64,000 nt of DNA from Vicugna vicugna (lineage: Eukaryota), in contig MU058714.1 in assembly GCA_013265495.1 (NCBI GenBank), positions 1,798,001-1,862,000 of the forward strand, written 5' to 3'. The position numbers were made by a program, and so were the translations under genes. The notes beneath the pieces are model-generated. The model had not been told where the DNA came from. It made no database searches and saw only the letters and a program-made list of their open reading frames with translations. How positions within the stretch are numbered: the first letter of the stretch is position 1; every line of letters starts with the position of its first letter. Below, piece after piece: positions 41,201-58,073 of this stretch.

Positions 41201-43202
41201 AGGCACCGCAGGGGGACTTCCTGGAGGAAGCAAGAGGCAGGTGCAGCTGAGAAAAAGCAGGAGGGGACCCTGGGAGGGAGAGGAAACCTGTCCAGGTCAC
41301 TGGGCACAGGTCACCATTCCCGTCACCACTCATGTGTGCACACAAGAGGGGACACACATGGGGACACACACAGGGAGACACACAGACACAGGAGGTCCCC
41401 GTGGGTGGGCCTGGGGAAACGCTCGCCCTCTGGGAGAGAACCCAAGGACCACCTCGATGGCATATTTTGCCTTCTTCTGGACAATGAGGAAGTTGAAGAG
41501 ACCTAAGGCCTCCCAGCCCCCACTTTCCTGGACACTGTGCTGGTCCTTCCAGCTCTCCAGACAGTCTCTGTGTAGCCGGCAGCCAGCCAGGGCCACTGTG
41601 CTGAGCTGACCCTGTTGGGGGCGTGGCCGTCCAGGTCTGTCCACAGGGAGGGGGATCCCAGGCTCAGGCTGCCCCAGGAGCCCAGCGCGGGGCGGGGGGG
41701 CCTTGCCTCCAGGAGTGTCTGTGACTCAGCATGGGGCCCTTCCTGCCATGCGCACCCCCCACCGCGTGTGTGTTTAGAGGGGTCTGAGCTCACGGCACCC
41801 TGAGGAAGGGCTTTGTGCACGCCTCCCTTGAGGACCTGGGCCACCACCTGTGGCCCCGCCATCGAGCTGGGGCCACCCTTCCTGGTCCCTCTCATGTCAG
41901 CTTGTGCTTGTTGGCTCTTTTCTTCACCAGCAGGGCTGAGTCCCAACCCTGCCGTCGGGGCTCAGAGTCTCGGAGGGGACAGTGACATGCAGGGAGGGGA
42001 CTCCGCGTGCAGTGGGCCCAGGGGCGGAGGGCGTGCCCGGCAGTAGCTGATGTGGCTGGACTGGGGGAGGACCACTCACTGCCGAGTCTCAGTCCTCAGG
42101 ACATCCCGCCCCCGCCCGCATCTCCCACCTCCTGGAAGCCCTGGCCCCACTCTGGAGGGCTCAGCCCTCTGGGAAGCTGACTTGTTCCTGGCTTGACCCC
42201 AGGCTTTTGGAGAAATGAGAGAGAGGCTTGAGGGCCGGGGTTGTTGGCAGGGGTCCCCCTCCCCAGAGGCTCCTGGCTCCCTGGGATCGGCACCTGCCCC
42301 TGGGGGAGCCGACAGCTTCTCTGATGGGAAAAAGCCTGCGGTTCCTGCCCACCCCACCCCCATATCACGGGATTATTGCGTGACTGGTGGGGCTCTGAGA
42401 CGGGAGGCTGTTCTCTTTTGTCGAGAGATTAGGCTCTTGGTCATGGGAAGTTCTAGGGGAGGAGAGTGGCAGACTTTTCCTGAGGCACAAACGCTCCCTG
42501 GGTGCCTGTAAGGTGATACTGCTGGGAAAAGCCACCTCAGCCACTCCTGGAATTAGACCTGAGTGGCCGGCAGGGGAGCGGAGCCAGGGAGGGGGCACGA
42601 GCTCCCTGTGGCCCTGCCCCAGGGCCTGGGGGGCCCCACAGCCTTCTGGGGGGGAGCTGACCCCGGCCTGGAGGCCCAGGGCCCCCAGCACTGAGCCTGG
42701 AGCTGAGGACCTTGCTCTTGCTCTTGGGTCCAAGATAACTTTCTTGGGGGTGAGGAGGGGTTGCAGGTCAGGTTGCTCAATCCTCAGCCTCTCCTGCCTG
42801 CTCCCACATACAATGAAGCTTTTCTAAACCGAATCAACAACTGTTGGGGCCCCCCTAAGCTAGACTTGAATGCAGCTGTTACAACTGTGGTCTGAGAATG
42901 AAAGGAAAGCTGCCTCAAGGGACTGCGGGGCCGGAGTGTGTGTGCTCAGCTGGACGGGCAGGTGCTCAGCTGGGCAGGCAGGATGCCGTCCGCAGGGCTG
43001 GGCAGAGCTGTGGCTCTGGACGAGGTCTGCACCCATCCTGTGTGGACGGCGGAGTCACCCTGATGCCACACATTCCCGTCTGTCAAGTTTCGGAGGGATC
43101 TGCTGTCCTGGCCAACTTTTCAGGGTGCAGGTGCTTCTCGCTGCTCCTCTTAAAAGACAAAGGACTGCTGAACCCCCATAACCTCAGACGGCATGCGGGA
43201 GC

Positions 43203-43604
43203 TGTGACTGGGAAGAGCCTCCGTGTCCTATTAGAAGTTACTCACGAAAAGGGTGTTGCTCATTAGCTTAAATGACACACAATGGCCCATGTCTGGGAAC
43301 CCTGCCTCCTGGGTAACAAGCATTCAGCTAAAATAACTTTGTTGAGCTCACAGGAAACCTCCTGACCAGGCTGGGATGAAGAAATGAACTCGTCCCCTCT
43401 AGAGTCTGGCTGGAACCAGCCCTTAACCCTCTCCTCTTCTAGTGTAAAAGGAGCCTGAATTCTAACCCTGGGAAGATGGTCTCTGGCGTATCTCACCATC
43501 GCCTCGGCCTGCCAGCTTCCCTTGGACTGCCAGCTTCCCTTGCCCCAGCACATCTCTGCTCAGCATGTCCTGGGGCAAGCAGTGCAAGCTTGGACTCTGC
43601 AGCA
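43203..43604 (+). mobile_element. Solo ERV1-type LTR (402 bp) with 4-bp target-site duplication
   Basis: Starts TGTGA, ends GCA; GAGC on both flanks (43199-43202, 43605-43608). Internal aatggcccatgtctgggaaccctgcc, aaaaggagcctgaattctaac...aagatgg and gcttggactc recall laurasiatherian ERV1 LTRs (from memory). Confidence 0.75.
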
Positions 43605-43648
43605 GAGCCGCCCTCTCGAGCCGAGGCACCTTCCTGCCATGTCCCTGC

Positions 43649-43761
43649 TTTTTTTCTTTTTTTCCTTTATTTTTATCTTTTTGTTAATGGAGGTGCTGGG
43701 GATTGAACCCAGGACCTCATGCATGCCAAGCGCACGCTCTGGTGCTGAGCTTTACCCTCCC
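43649..43761 (-). mobile_element. tRNA-derived SINE (camelid-type)
   Basis: T-rich tail, then ggaggtgctggggattgaacccaggacctcatgcatgccaagcgcacgctct. Confidence 0.85.
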
Positions 43762-43778
43762 CACCCTCCTCCTCCTCT

Positions 43779-43935
43779 TTTTTTTTTTTTTAATTTGAAG
43801 TATAGTTGATTTATAATGTTGTGTTAGTGTCTGGTGTACAGCACAGTGATTCAGTTATTTGTATATATATTCTTTCTCATAGTCCATTATTTTAGGTGAT
43901 TCCAAGGTGTTGAATGTAGTTCCCTGTGCAATGCA
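43779..43935 (-). mobile_element. LINE-1 3' end fragment
   Basis: T run, then aatttgaagtatagttgatttataatgttgtgttagtgtctggtgtacagcacagtgattcagtt...gtaggaccttgtt. Confidence 0.75.
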
Positions 43936-44388
43936 GTAGGACCTTGTTCCTTTTTATTTTCCTTTATTTAATTTCTCTTCCCCGTAAACTGTGCTCATAG
44001 ACCTTGCTTCACGCTCCGTATCAGTGAAGTGCGATAGCAGCTGCGGACGAGGTGATTAACGCTGCCTGAAACCATGGGAGTTCATTTCTCCCATGATGAC
44101 GAGCAAGGGATGACACCACAGCTGCCAGCAGGGCCATCGGAGACCCAGGACCTTCCCCCCGCCCACCCTGCTCCTGCCTTTTCACGTGGTCCAGCTGCCC
44201 TGCCTGGGAAGGTGGCTGTGGGGCTTCTTCAAGCCAGTGAAGCCTGGGGAGTTCACGTCCCTCCTGGGCTTGGGTGGTGAGTCTCCTTTTCACCTTCATC
44301 CAACTTTCTTCTTGTTCCTCCATTTCGCCAGATGATGTGAGGGTGACTTAAACTACAACATGCTGGGCCTCGATGGTAGAAGCAACCC

Positions 44389-44526
44389 GGGGGGTGCGGG
44401 TCTAGCTCTGTGGTAGAGTGCGTGCTTAGCATGCATGAGGTCCTGGGTTCAATCCCCAGTCCTTCCTCCTAAAAAAAAAAATACACAAACCTAATTATCT
44501 CCTCCACCACCAAAAAAAAAAAAAAA
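44389..44526 (+). mobile_element. tRNA-derived SINE (camelid-type), full length with bipartite A tail
   Basis: ggggggtgcgggtctagctctgtggtagagtgcgtgcttagcatgcatgaggtcctgggttcaatccccagt...A-run...cctaattatctcc...A-run. Confidence 0.85.
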
Positions 44527-44723
44527 GGAAGCTGTCTGGGTTCTGGGCTCACTACCTACAGCGGAGCCGCCCGGGCCCATCGCAGTGGGATGTGAACACG
44601 TGGGCTCCCTGGCTTAGTGGTCCCTGCTGCCCAGCCCAGCCCGCCCTGACAAGTTCCGTCTCTAGCTTAGCTTTTCTTTTAAGTATGAAAAATTAATTAA
44701 TAAACAAATTCTGGCACCTTTAA

Positions 44724-45139
44724 AATCTTTACTTATGTATTTATTTTACAATGTCATATTTTTAAATTGAAATACAGTTGCTGTACAATATTATATGTTA
44801 CAGGTATACAATACAGTGATTCACAATTTTAAAGGCTGCACTCCACTTACAGTTATTATAAAATGTTGGCCGTGTTCCCTGTGTTGTACGATATATCCTG
44901 GTAGCTTGTCAGGGACAAATTGATGGTTTGTGCCTCTTAACCCTCCACCCCCATCTTGCCCCTCTCCTTTCCCTCTCCCACTGGTCACTGAGAGTTCCTT
45001 CTCTACATCTGTGAGTCTCTCTCTTTTCTGTTGTGCAATAACTAGTTTGCTGTTTTCTAAGGTCCCACATGTAAGTGATATCTTACTTTATTTGTCCTTC
45101 TCTGTTTGACTTATTTCACTTGGCATAATGCCCTCCAAG
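44724..45139 (-). mobile_element. 5'-truncated LINE-1 with 15-bp target-site duplication
   Basis: L1 3'-end sequence flanked by identical TTCTGGCACCTTTAA at 44709-44723 and 45140-45154. Confidence 0.75.
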
Positions 45140-45154
45140 TTCTGGCACCTTTAA

Positions 45155-45965
45155 CTGAAGTAGAGTCAGTTTACCGTGTTGTGTAAATTTCTGGGGCACA
45201 GCATCATGTTTCAGTCATACATACACATGCATATATTCCTTTTCATATTCTTTTTCATTACAGGTAACTATAAGATATTGAATGTAATTCCTTGTGCTAT
45301 ACAGTAGGACCTTGCTGTTTATTTTATGTATGGTACTTAGTATCTGCAAATCTCGAATTCCCAATTTAGCCCTTCTCAATGCCTTTCCCCTCTGCTAACC
45401 ATAAGCTTGTTTTCTGTGTCTGTGAGTCTGTTTCTGTTTTGTAAATAAGTTCGTCTTTTTTTTTAGATTCCACATATGAGTGATAGCATATGGTATTTTT
45501 CTTTCTCTTTCTGGCTTACTTCACTTAGAATGACATTCTCCAGGTCCACCCATGATGCTGCAAATGGCATTATTTTATTATTTTTCATGGCTGAGTAGTA
45601 TTCCGTTGTAGAAATATACTACATCTTCTTTATCCAGTCATCTGTAGATGGACATTTAGACTGTTTCCATGTCTTGGCTGTTGTAAATAGTGCTGCTATG
45701 AACACTGGGGTACATGTATGTTTTCGAATTNNNNNNNNNNNNNNNNNNNNNNNNNNNNNNNNNNNNNNNNNNNNNNNNNNNNNNNNNNNNNNNNNNNNNN
45801 NNNNNNNNNNNNNNNNNNNNNNNNNNNNNNNNNNNNNNNNNNNNNNNNNNNNNNNNNNNNNNNNNNNNGTTCCCTTGTCTCCACAGCCTCTCCAGCATTT
45901 ATTGTTCGTGGGCTTTTGAATGGTGGCCATTCTGACTGGTGTGAGGTGATGCCTCACTGTCGTTT
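45155..45965 (-). mobile_element. LINE-1 3'UTR and ORF2 C-terminal fragment spanning the gap
   Basis: Minus-strand TTVRHHLTPVRMATIQKPTNNKCWRGCG...HTCTPVFIAALFTTAKTWKQSKCPSTDDWIKKM is the L1 ORF2 Cys-rich C-terminus. Confidence 0.92.
45731..45868. other. Assembly gap (138 N)
   Basis: Run of n inside the L1. Confidence 1.
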
Positions 45966-46079
45966 TAATCTGACCAGTGGAAACTTCTGACCCCAGAGAT
46001 TTCTGTGGGAATGTTTTTGTCAGTAAGTTCAAGTTATGTAATACAGGGCTATTTCAATTTTTAATTTCATCTTGGTTCA

Positions 46080-46260
46080 CTTTTTTTTTGAAGAAAAGTA
46101 TTTTTAATTTTATTTTTTATTGAAGTGTCATTGATTTACAATGTTAGTTTCAGGTGTACAGCAAACTGATTCAGTTATACATCTACATACATATATATTT
46201 TTTCAGATTCTTTTCAATTATGTTATGTCAAGAAATTGAATCTAGTTACCTGAGCTCTGC
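46080..46260 (-). mobile_element. LINE-1 3' end fragment
   Basis: ttttattgaagtgtcattgatttacaatgttagtttcaggtgtacagcaaactgattcagttatacat. Confidence 0.7.
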
Positions 46261-46429
46261 AGCTGATCCTTGTTTATCTATACTGTATATATTGGCTCAC
46301 TTTTTAAGTGGCATCTTTACTGAGACGCCATTTGCATATCAAAAAGTGTAGTTTTGAAGGGTATATAATTCGGTAGGTTTTAAATTTTTTCCTTTTTTTC
46401 TTTTATTAAAAAATTAACTTTTTTCTTTT

Positions 46430-46560
46430 TCTTTTTGTTTTATGAGAGGGAGGTGATTACGTTTATTAATTCATTTATATTTGGAGGAGGCGCTGGGATT
46501 GAACCCAGGACCTCGTGCATACTAAGCACATGCTCTACCACCTGAGCTACACCCTCCCCT
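46430..46560 (-). mobile_element. tRNA-derived SINE (camelid-type)
   Basis: gggaggtgattacgtttatt...ggcgctgggattgaacccaggacctcgtgcatactaagcacatgctctaccacctgagctacaccctcccc. Confidence 0.85.
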
Positions 46561-46884
46561 ATTTTCTTGTTTTTCTAATTAAAACTTTTTCCTTTTTGTT
46601 TTTGTTTTTATTCTTAACTCAGTAGTTTTACATTCAGAGTTGTATAACACCACCATAATCTAACTCCAGAATGAAGTTAATTCCCAGTATATTTTTCATT
46701 TTCTAGATGTAATTTTGATTAGCCTGGTATCCCTGAGAGGCAGATTCAGATATCAACATCATTAATTCCCATTATTGGCGGAAGTACGAAGTCGCTACGA
46801 ACACTGAATGACGTAATGCTGGGCCCTTGCTCTTGGGGAAATACACAGACACACACACACTTCGCCGAGATTATCATCTCGAAC

Positions 46885-47025
46885 CCTACAAGCAACTCAT
46901 CCCTGTAGACTCTGTTTCCCCTGTTTCACAAAAGAGACGGGGAGGTTCGGAGGTGTGAAGCGACCTGCCGGAGGCTGCCCCACCCAGAGGTACACAGCTG
47001 GGATTCAAGCCAGTCCCGCGGGCCC
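46885..47025 (-). mobile_element. MIR SINE remnant
   Basis: ccctgtttcacaaaagagacggggaggttcggaggtgtgaagcgacctgcc...gctgggattcaagcc resembles the reverse MIR core. Confidence 0.55.
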
Positions 47026-48059
47026 GGAGCCGGCGCGGCCTGCTTGCTCCGCACTGCCCCCTGCTGTCTGCATCCTCTCCCGGCATCTCTGAGGCAGAGC
47101 CTGGCCTGGTTCTCCCGCCGCTGGGGTGGGCGCATCTGGCGACCCAAGGTTTTCACCGTTCTTCCCACGTCTGAGGGTGACCAGAAAAGCAACTGTTGAT
47201 TTTGGGGTTGCAGATGAATTTTATCTTGAGGGTGAGCTTGCAAATACAGAATCTGCAGATAACAGGGCCAGACTGTGCTTCCAACCCCCCAGGAAAGGCC
47301 CCGCCCCGCGGCAGCCCCCTCCCGCCCGCCCCGCCCCCGGAGGGCTGGCCCGCTTTGGGGCTCACCCCTCCCCCAGCGCTCGCTCAGTGCCTGGTTGCTC
47401 AGTGACGCTCCGGAAGTGGCTGTCCAGAAAGTGTGAGCGGGAGGGCCGAATGCATGCAACTTCATTTTCAACCTTATTAACAGAATTTTAACTTTTTCTC
47501 ATTATGCATCTACTGTATGTCTACTATGAAACATATTTGTTACTTGTAAAATGTAAAAGTGGACAAACATCTTTTACCAATTTCTTGTGTATTTTTCAGA
47601 GGCAATCAAGCAAACATTTCTCTGAGAAGTAGACGGACCACCCACTGGGGGAGACCTGGCAGCGTCAGGGTGCCGGCCGGCTCCGTCTCCCCTTGGAGGG
47701 TGCTGGGCTTGGGGGTGACTGCTCCCCTGGACCTGGTGAGGAGGGAGCCTGCACCTCTGAGGCTGGCCGTCCCGGTGGGAGGCTGAGGCTGCCCCAGCTG
47801 GGGAGGGGCAGTCTGGTCCCATGTGATGCTGCCCTGAGTCTGTGCTCTACGGACGCCCCCGTGGCAGGGGCCTGGGAGGCCCAGCTCATGTCTAGGTCTC
47901 GAGGGGCTGCTGCACATCCCACGTCTGGGAACGTGAGGGGGAGTGGCCGCTGAGCACGAACAGTCCCCGGTGACCTGCCAGAAACCTCTCCAAGGGACCG
48001 GTGCCCGACCACCAGCCTTTGCTGACCCCAAGCTGCCTGTTTGGGTACTGCTGGCCTGC

Positions 48060-48245
48060 CCAAACACACAGACACATACGTCTGCCCTCCTCTGCACAGC
48101 ACGCACACATTCATACCCACCTACATAGCAGCGTACACTCATTTACACAGCAGTTCACACACACGCATGAACACCCGTGAACACCTGTGAACGTATGCAC
48201 ACACACTCATGGACGCTTCTGTGCCTGTGAGACACACACACGTGC
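48060..48245. repeat. CA-rich low-complexity tract
   Basis: Repeated acacac/cacacg motifs. Confidence 0.6.
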
Positions 48246-48539
48246 CACAGCGTTCTGAAAACACCCAGGAAGTCTGCCTCCTGGAGCGAGGTGTGTCATG
48301 TTCCCCTCGTTTTTGCAGGATTCCCCACCCCCATGTACGCTCTGGGTCATGTCGGGGAGTCCAGCGGGCAGCTCAAGGCTGGCTGGGAGGCCGGGAGGAA
48401 GGCAGCTCTGCCCAGGTGGAGCTGGTCTCGGGGCAGAGCCTCACAGGGAGGAGCTGAATGCTGTGTGGCCCCGTCCGGAGCTGAGCTTCCATGTGTAGCC
48501 AGTTAACTAAGACAAGGACCAGAGAATAACAATCAAGCC

Positions 48540-48545
48540 TTTATT
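48540..48545 (-). terminator. RFNG polyadenylation signal
   Basis: TTTATT on +, about 785 nt past the stop. Confidence 0.7.
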
Positions 48546-49328
48546 CACTCGCTGCAGCAGCCGAGCAGGAGCAGGGGGCAGGCACTGCCTCCCCTGTCTG
48601 TTTCTCCTCCCTGGAAAGGTACCGTCAAGGTGAGTCCGCTGGCAGGACGGGGATGTCTCACTGCAGGGGGACCCCAGGCAAGAGGCTCCTGCTGTTTTAA
48701 GGACTTGGGGTGGGGGGAGGGGATGGGGAAGCACTGAGCAGTGAGTCAGCCCCTGAGTGGAGATGCCTGGGCTAGGAGTGATCTGTGCCAAGTGCAGCCG
48801 GCCAGGGGCCTGCATCCCAGCGTGCAGCTCCCCTCAGAGGCAGGGCGGCTCTGGCTGGGCTCCGAGCCTGGCATGTGGAGGGCGGCCCCCCTGGTAGGAC
48901 AGCTGGCGCAGCCGCTGCAGTCCCCGCTGCTTGGCTGCAAGACCCCACCCAAGACCCCGGCCTGGAGTCCCCTCTCCAGCAAGGAGGGGAGCAGGACGGA
49001 GCCCTGGGAACCGGAAGCCAGCCCCGTCCCAGGCCCCCTCACCCTTGGGTGGAGGCCCTTCGGGTGACAGTGGGGGCTGGGCTGGGAGGAGGAGCATCCT
49101 GCACGCTGCAAAGCGTGGACCCCAGGGCAGGAACACGGCGCCAGGCCTGCCAGGGGCCATGTAGGAGTTGGCAGGCCAGCCCGAGTGTCCCCCTGGATGA
49201 GGCCGTGGCCGTAGCCACGTGGGGCAGCTGACTGAGCCCAGGGCGGGCAGTTCCTGCTCTCTTGGGCAGCCGTCACCCACCCACACTGGGGGCAGAGCCA
49301 GAGCCACGTTTGGGTCACGGGTCGAAGG

Positions 49329-52300
49329 TCACCGAGAAGCGAGGTCATCCTGCTTCCGCGCAGGACACCAGTCCGTGTCCGGGTAGAGAAGGCAGTGGAT
49401 GGACTTAAACCTGGGAGGGAAGTGGGGGTCAGGGCTGCAGGGAGGGAGGGCTGGTGCCAGCACGCCTCCCCTGCCCGCCCCTCACCTTGTGGGGTCCTGC
49501 TCCCGGCTGAAGCCTCCGGCCACGTTCACCACGTTCTGAGGGTTCTCAGGGCCCCCATAGCTCAGGGTGACCTGGGGAAGAGGAGGAGGGAGAGTCGCTC
49601 TCTTCGGGCCAGCGTCTCCTGCTGTGTCCTCCAGGGGAGAGGCTGCTCGGCCTCCCAGTTCCCCAGAGCCCCTGACCCGGTACCCTCAGGGCAGACTCAG
49701 GAGCAGCACTGGAGGGCGACGTGGGCTGAGGGCCGCGGGCCGCGGCCAGCATGCAAGACACCTAGAGAGGTGGCTGGCGCACGTGTCGGGGTGAGGGCTC
49801 TGCAACCCTCTGCCCAAAGCTGATCCTCCCTCCCGTCACCCCAGGACCGCTGCCCTGGGCCCACCTGCCTCGGAAAGCCCAGATGCTACCCTTTGCAAAC
49901 GGGCCCCAACATTGAGTCTGGGAGCCCCCTACACCCAGGATCCTGGGGCCTGGCAAATTTGCCGGAGTGCTGGGACCCACCCCTGAGTCCTTGCTCAAAC
50001 AGGAGCCCACTTGGGCGCCGAGAGGGATGAGCGCATGGGACCCGGCAGAGGGCAGGGGCCGGGCAGGCCCACCTGCTGGAGCACGGAGTCGGGCGGCAGC
50101 CTCTGCAGGTTCTCCAGGTGGGAGTGGAAAAGGGAGCTGTGCAGCAGGCGGGCACCCAGCAGCCCCTCCACGATGTAGCCCACCGTGCAGTCGTCCGGCA
50201 GCCGCACGCGCTCGGCGGTGCTCATGAAGCTGCCCAGGCTGGGGGTGGGCAGTGGAGGACAGGTCAGCGCCACCCTATCTCTGTACCCCCAGCCCGCGCT
50301 CTCACTGCCCCACTCACCTGGCCCAGGGGCTCATCTTGAGGGCCAGGCCCCGGCTCAGGCAGAACCCGGCCCCGCCTGTAGCGAACCAGAACTTGACGGT
50401 GGTCACCTGGGTGGAGGGGGCTGGCAGTCAGGGCTCCCCACCCTGACTCCTCGCCTGGACACCCCGGGGGTTGTCCTTAAGCCGCCCTTCAGGGCTCCCA
50501 GGCAAGCGACAGAAGGCCTCTCGGAGTGCCGGGGAACCCAGACTTCTCCCATGCGGTCTCCTGTGGCCCCAGCCCCTCCCACGGCCCCTCCTCACTGGCC
50601 CAGCTCCCGAAAAGCCCCTCTGGGTGGATCGGACACCTGCCTCTTCCCGGCTGGGGCCTCCATGCTCTCAGCTGCCCCTCCCCGGCCCCAGCACTCACGG
50701 TGCCACCTTCCTGGACCCGCTCGGTAGCCTCGATGGGGTGGTCCAGGCTGGGCCGCCCCAGGTAGACGTCCTGGCTAGGTGAGAAGGTGGCCAGCAGCTG
50801 CAGCAGGCCTTCTGAGTTCACGTAGTTGTCATCGTCCACGTGGCAGAACCACCTGGGAGAGGTGCAGGAGTCTCTGGAGCGAGGCCTGGCCCAGGGGGAG
50901 AGGCCTCCACCCTGGGCCCAGGTGTGTGGGCCCAGCCTCGGCCCTGGGCACTCTGGGGGAAGGGCATGGGCGCGCGGCCACCACGTACTTGCGTCTGGAC
51001 TCGATGAACTTGTCATACTCCACCGACATCTTGCAGCACAGAGCCTGGCGGGTGTGCACAGCCGAGCAGTTGGTGTTGACGACGTGGCTGCCTGCCGGGT
51101 GGGGACACAGAAGCATGGAGGCCAGGGCGAGGCCCACTGCCAGCCCACCCCACTGAAGTCAGGGCAAAATGCAGCTGTCCTGCTCAAGGCTCCAAGGCGG
51201 GGTACAACTGTAGACCTGTCGTGGCCCCACTCGGATGACCCTGCTGCTGACCTCTGAGGTCCAGGCAGACGACAACCGTTGAAACCTACAAGGAGAAACT
51301 TGCCCGGAAACAGGACTTGAGGTGAGACCATCCCGATTGAGGCAGGCCTGGAAGGCACGGTTCTTTACTGGCACCTCTTCATGGGACGTGGCTCTAGCCA
51401 GGGACCCTGGGAAGTCAGCCAGTGGCCGAGGGAGGCAAGGGAGGCAGAGCATGGCTGGCAGGGTGGGCCCTGGACACTGGGTCAGTGCCAGGTGGGGATC
51501 CTGACTCTGTTCTCTACCAGTTGTGTGACCCTGGGAAGGTGCCTCAACCCCCCACAACCCGCCTGCACACAGCAGGGGGCCGTGTGGCACTGGACTGAGG
51601 GACATCTTGGAGCAGGCCTTCAGGCAGGCCAGCAGGGCTGGCCTTGGGGGGCACGCACCTCCCTGGAGCTGCAGCTCAGGGTCGTCCCCGTCGGTGAAGA
51701 TGAATGTCTGCGGAGAGACAGCCTGTGAGGCATCGGGGTAGGGGGGCAGGCTGAGCTCAAACAGGTTGGGGTCACCGAAAAGGGGGGGCAGTGTTCCACG
51801 GATAGCCTGCCAGAACACTCAGCACGCCTGGTGCCACTGGGGATGGGCTTGCTGTCACTGGAGAAGTTTCTGGGGTCTCATCCTGTATCAGCCGGAGAAC
51901 CCACCCAACCCTGAGCCCAGAAAGGGGCGGGAGAGGGTGGACATACTCATGGCCTGGGGCTTGACTGCCCTGCTGGGGACACAGCGGTGGGCAGCGGGTC
52001 CTGGGCGGGGTTGAAGGAGGGGGGGTCCCAAGGCGGAGGTGCCGGGTACAGGTCCCAGGTGGAGGATCCCGACGGTGGATGTCCAGAGGGCAGGACTCGT
52101 GGGGGGGGGTTGGTGGCAGTACCGGGGTGGGGGTCCCAAGGAAAGGTCGGGAATCCGGGGGGCAGGGATCCCAGGGCGTGAGAGGCGGCCGGGGTCGGCG
52201 GGATCCCCCGGCGGGCGGGGCCCACCTGCCGTCGGGCGCGGGAGATCCAGGTGCGCAGCAGCAGCCCCAGGCGCGGCCCATGGTTTTTCCGGGTGGTCTT

Positions 52301-52520
52301 GACCGCGATGAAGACGTCCTCGGGCCGCAGGAGCGGGGAGGCGGCGGGCCGGGCAGGGGACGCGGGCGGGCCGGGGTCGGGGGTCGGGGCCCGGGTCGGG
52401 GCCGGCACGGGCGCGCGGGACAGCGGCAGCGGCAGCAGCAAGCGGCAGCAGCAGCAGCGCGGCCAGGGCCGCCGCCAGCGCGAGGCAGGCCCGGCACAAA
52501 GCCCCCCGCGCGCGGCTCAT
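49329..52520 (-). CDS. RFNG: Radical fringe beta-1,3-N-acetylglucosaminyltransferase; frameshifted in exon 1 as assembled
   Basis: Exons 52520-52226, 51707-51659, 51091-50989, 50852-50699, 50406-50318, 50238-50073, 49571-49486, 49410-49329. [26 protein letters not shown]..., [42 protein letters not shown]. Exon 1 is 295 nt because of a 13-nt duplication; removing it restores an open frame. Confidence 0.95.
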
Positions 52521-52660
52521 GCGGCCCCGGGACCCGCGGGCACCGCCCGACCAGGCGCGCCGCGGCCCCTTTAAGGGCCGCCCCCGCCCGCGCCACGACC
52601 CGGAAGCGGCGGTCGCGCTGCCCCGGAAGTGGACGGCGCGCTGCGGCGGGGTGGGCGAAG

Positions 52661-57480
<4,820 letters not shown>

Positions 57481-57785
57481 GGACCCCGGTGGCCTCCAGG
57501 ACGCCTCGCCCCACCTGCTCCAGGCCTCCCACCTGCTCCCGCAGCACGTCTGGAGGCATCGACTGTGGCCTCTTGTGGGACCTGGCTGCTGGATGATGCG
57601 GCCCTCGGCCCCTTCCCTCCCCCTTGCTGCACCCTGTGCCGGGGGCCCTGGGGCAGAGGTGGGCTTTGCTGGAAGGGGGGCCTGCAGGGCTCACCCCTGT
57701 GGCACTCAGGGCCCCACCCGGCAGCACACCGCCCAGCCCCCATGTTGGTGTGTCGTCTGGGGCTACAGTTGTTGAATCTCAGTCC

Positions 57786-57791
57786 ATTAAA
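57786..57791 (+). terminator. GPS1 polyadenylation signal (ATTAAA)
   Basis: ATTAAA about 305 nt past the stop. Confidence 0.65.
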
Positions 57792-58073
57792 GGGCAGCCT
57801 GAGAACACCCCGCACCACTTCTTCTTGTCTCCGTGGGGTCCTCTGGCCCAGGCCCCAGTCCCTTGGGCTCCCCCTCCGCACATTCAGGCACCATGCGGGT
57901 GGCAGGAGGGAGCTGAGCCTCCTCCACGTGGCTGTGCGGGGCTGCACCAGTGTGTGACCCTTCAGGTGGGACGCTGCTACCCTTCCCCCATCCTGCTGGC
58001 CCCGACTCCACCCAGGTCTGGATGACCTGGGAAGGCTGCAGGCCAGCTCTCTGCACGCCCAACTTTGAAGTGA

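Noticed and set aside
41453-41502. Exon-like minus-strand segment (ag|...LFNFLIVQKKAKYAIE|gt)
   Set aside because: No polypyrimidine tract, no partner exons and no recognisable family; the 11-mer shared with a DUS1L exon (CAAAATATGCC) is within chance.
38500-43200. Possible third DCXR/CBR2 copy or unknown gene upstream of CBR2
   Set aside because: No SDR motifs or coherent exon chain on either strand by eye; a tblastx against other mammals would be needed to exclude a decayed gene.
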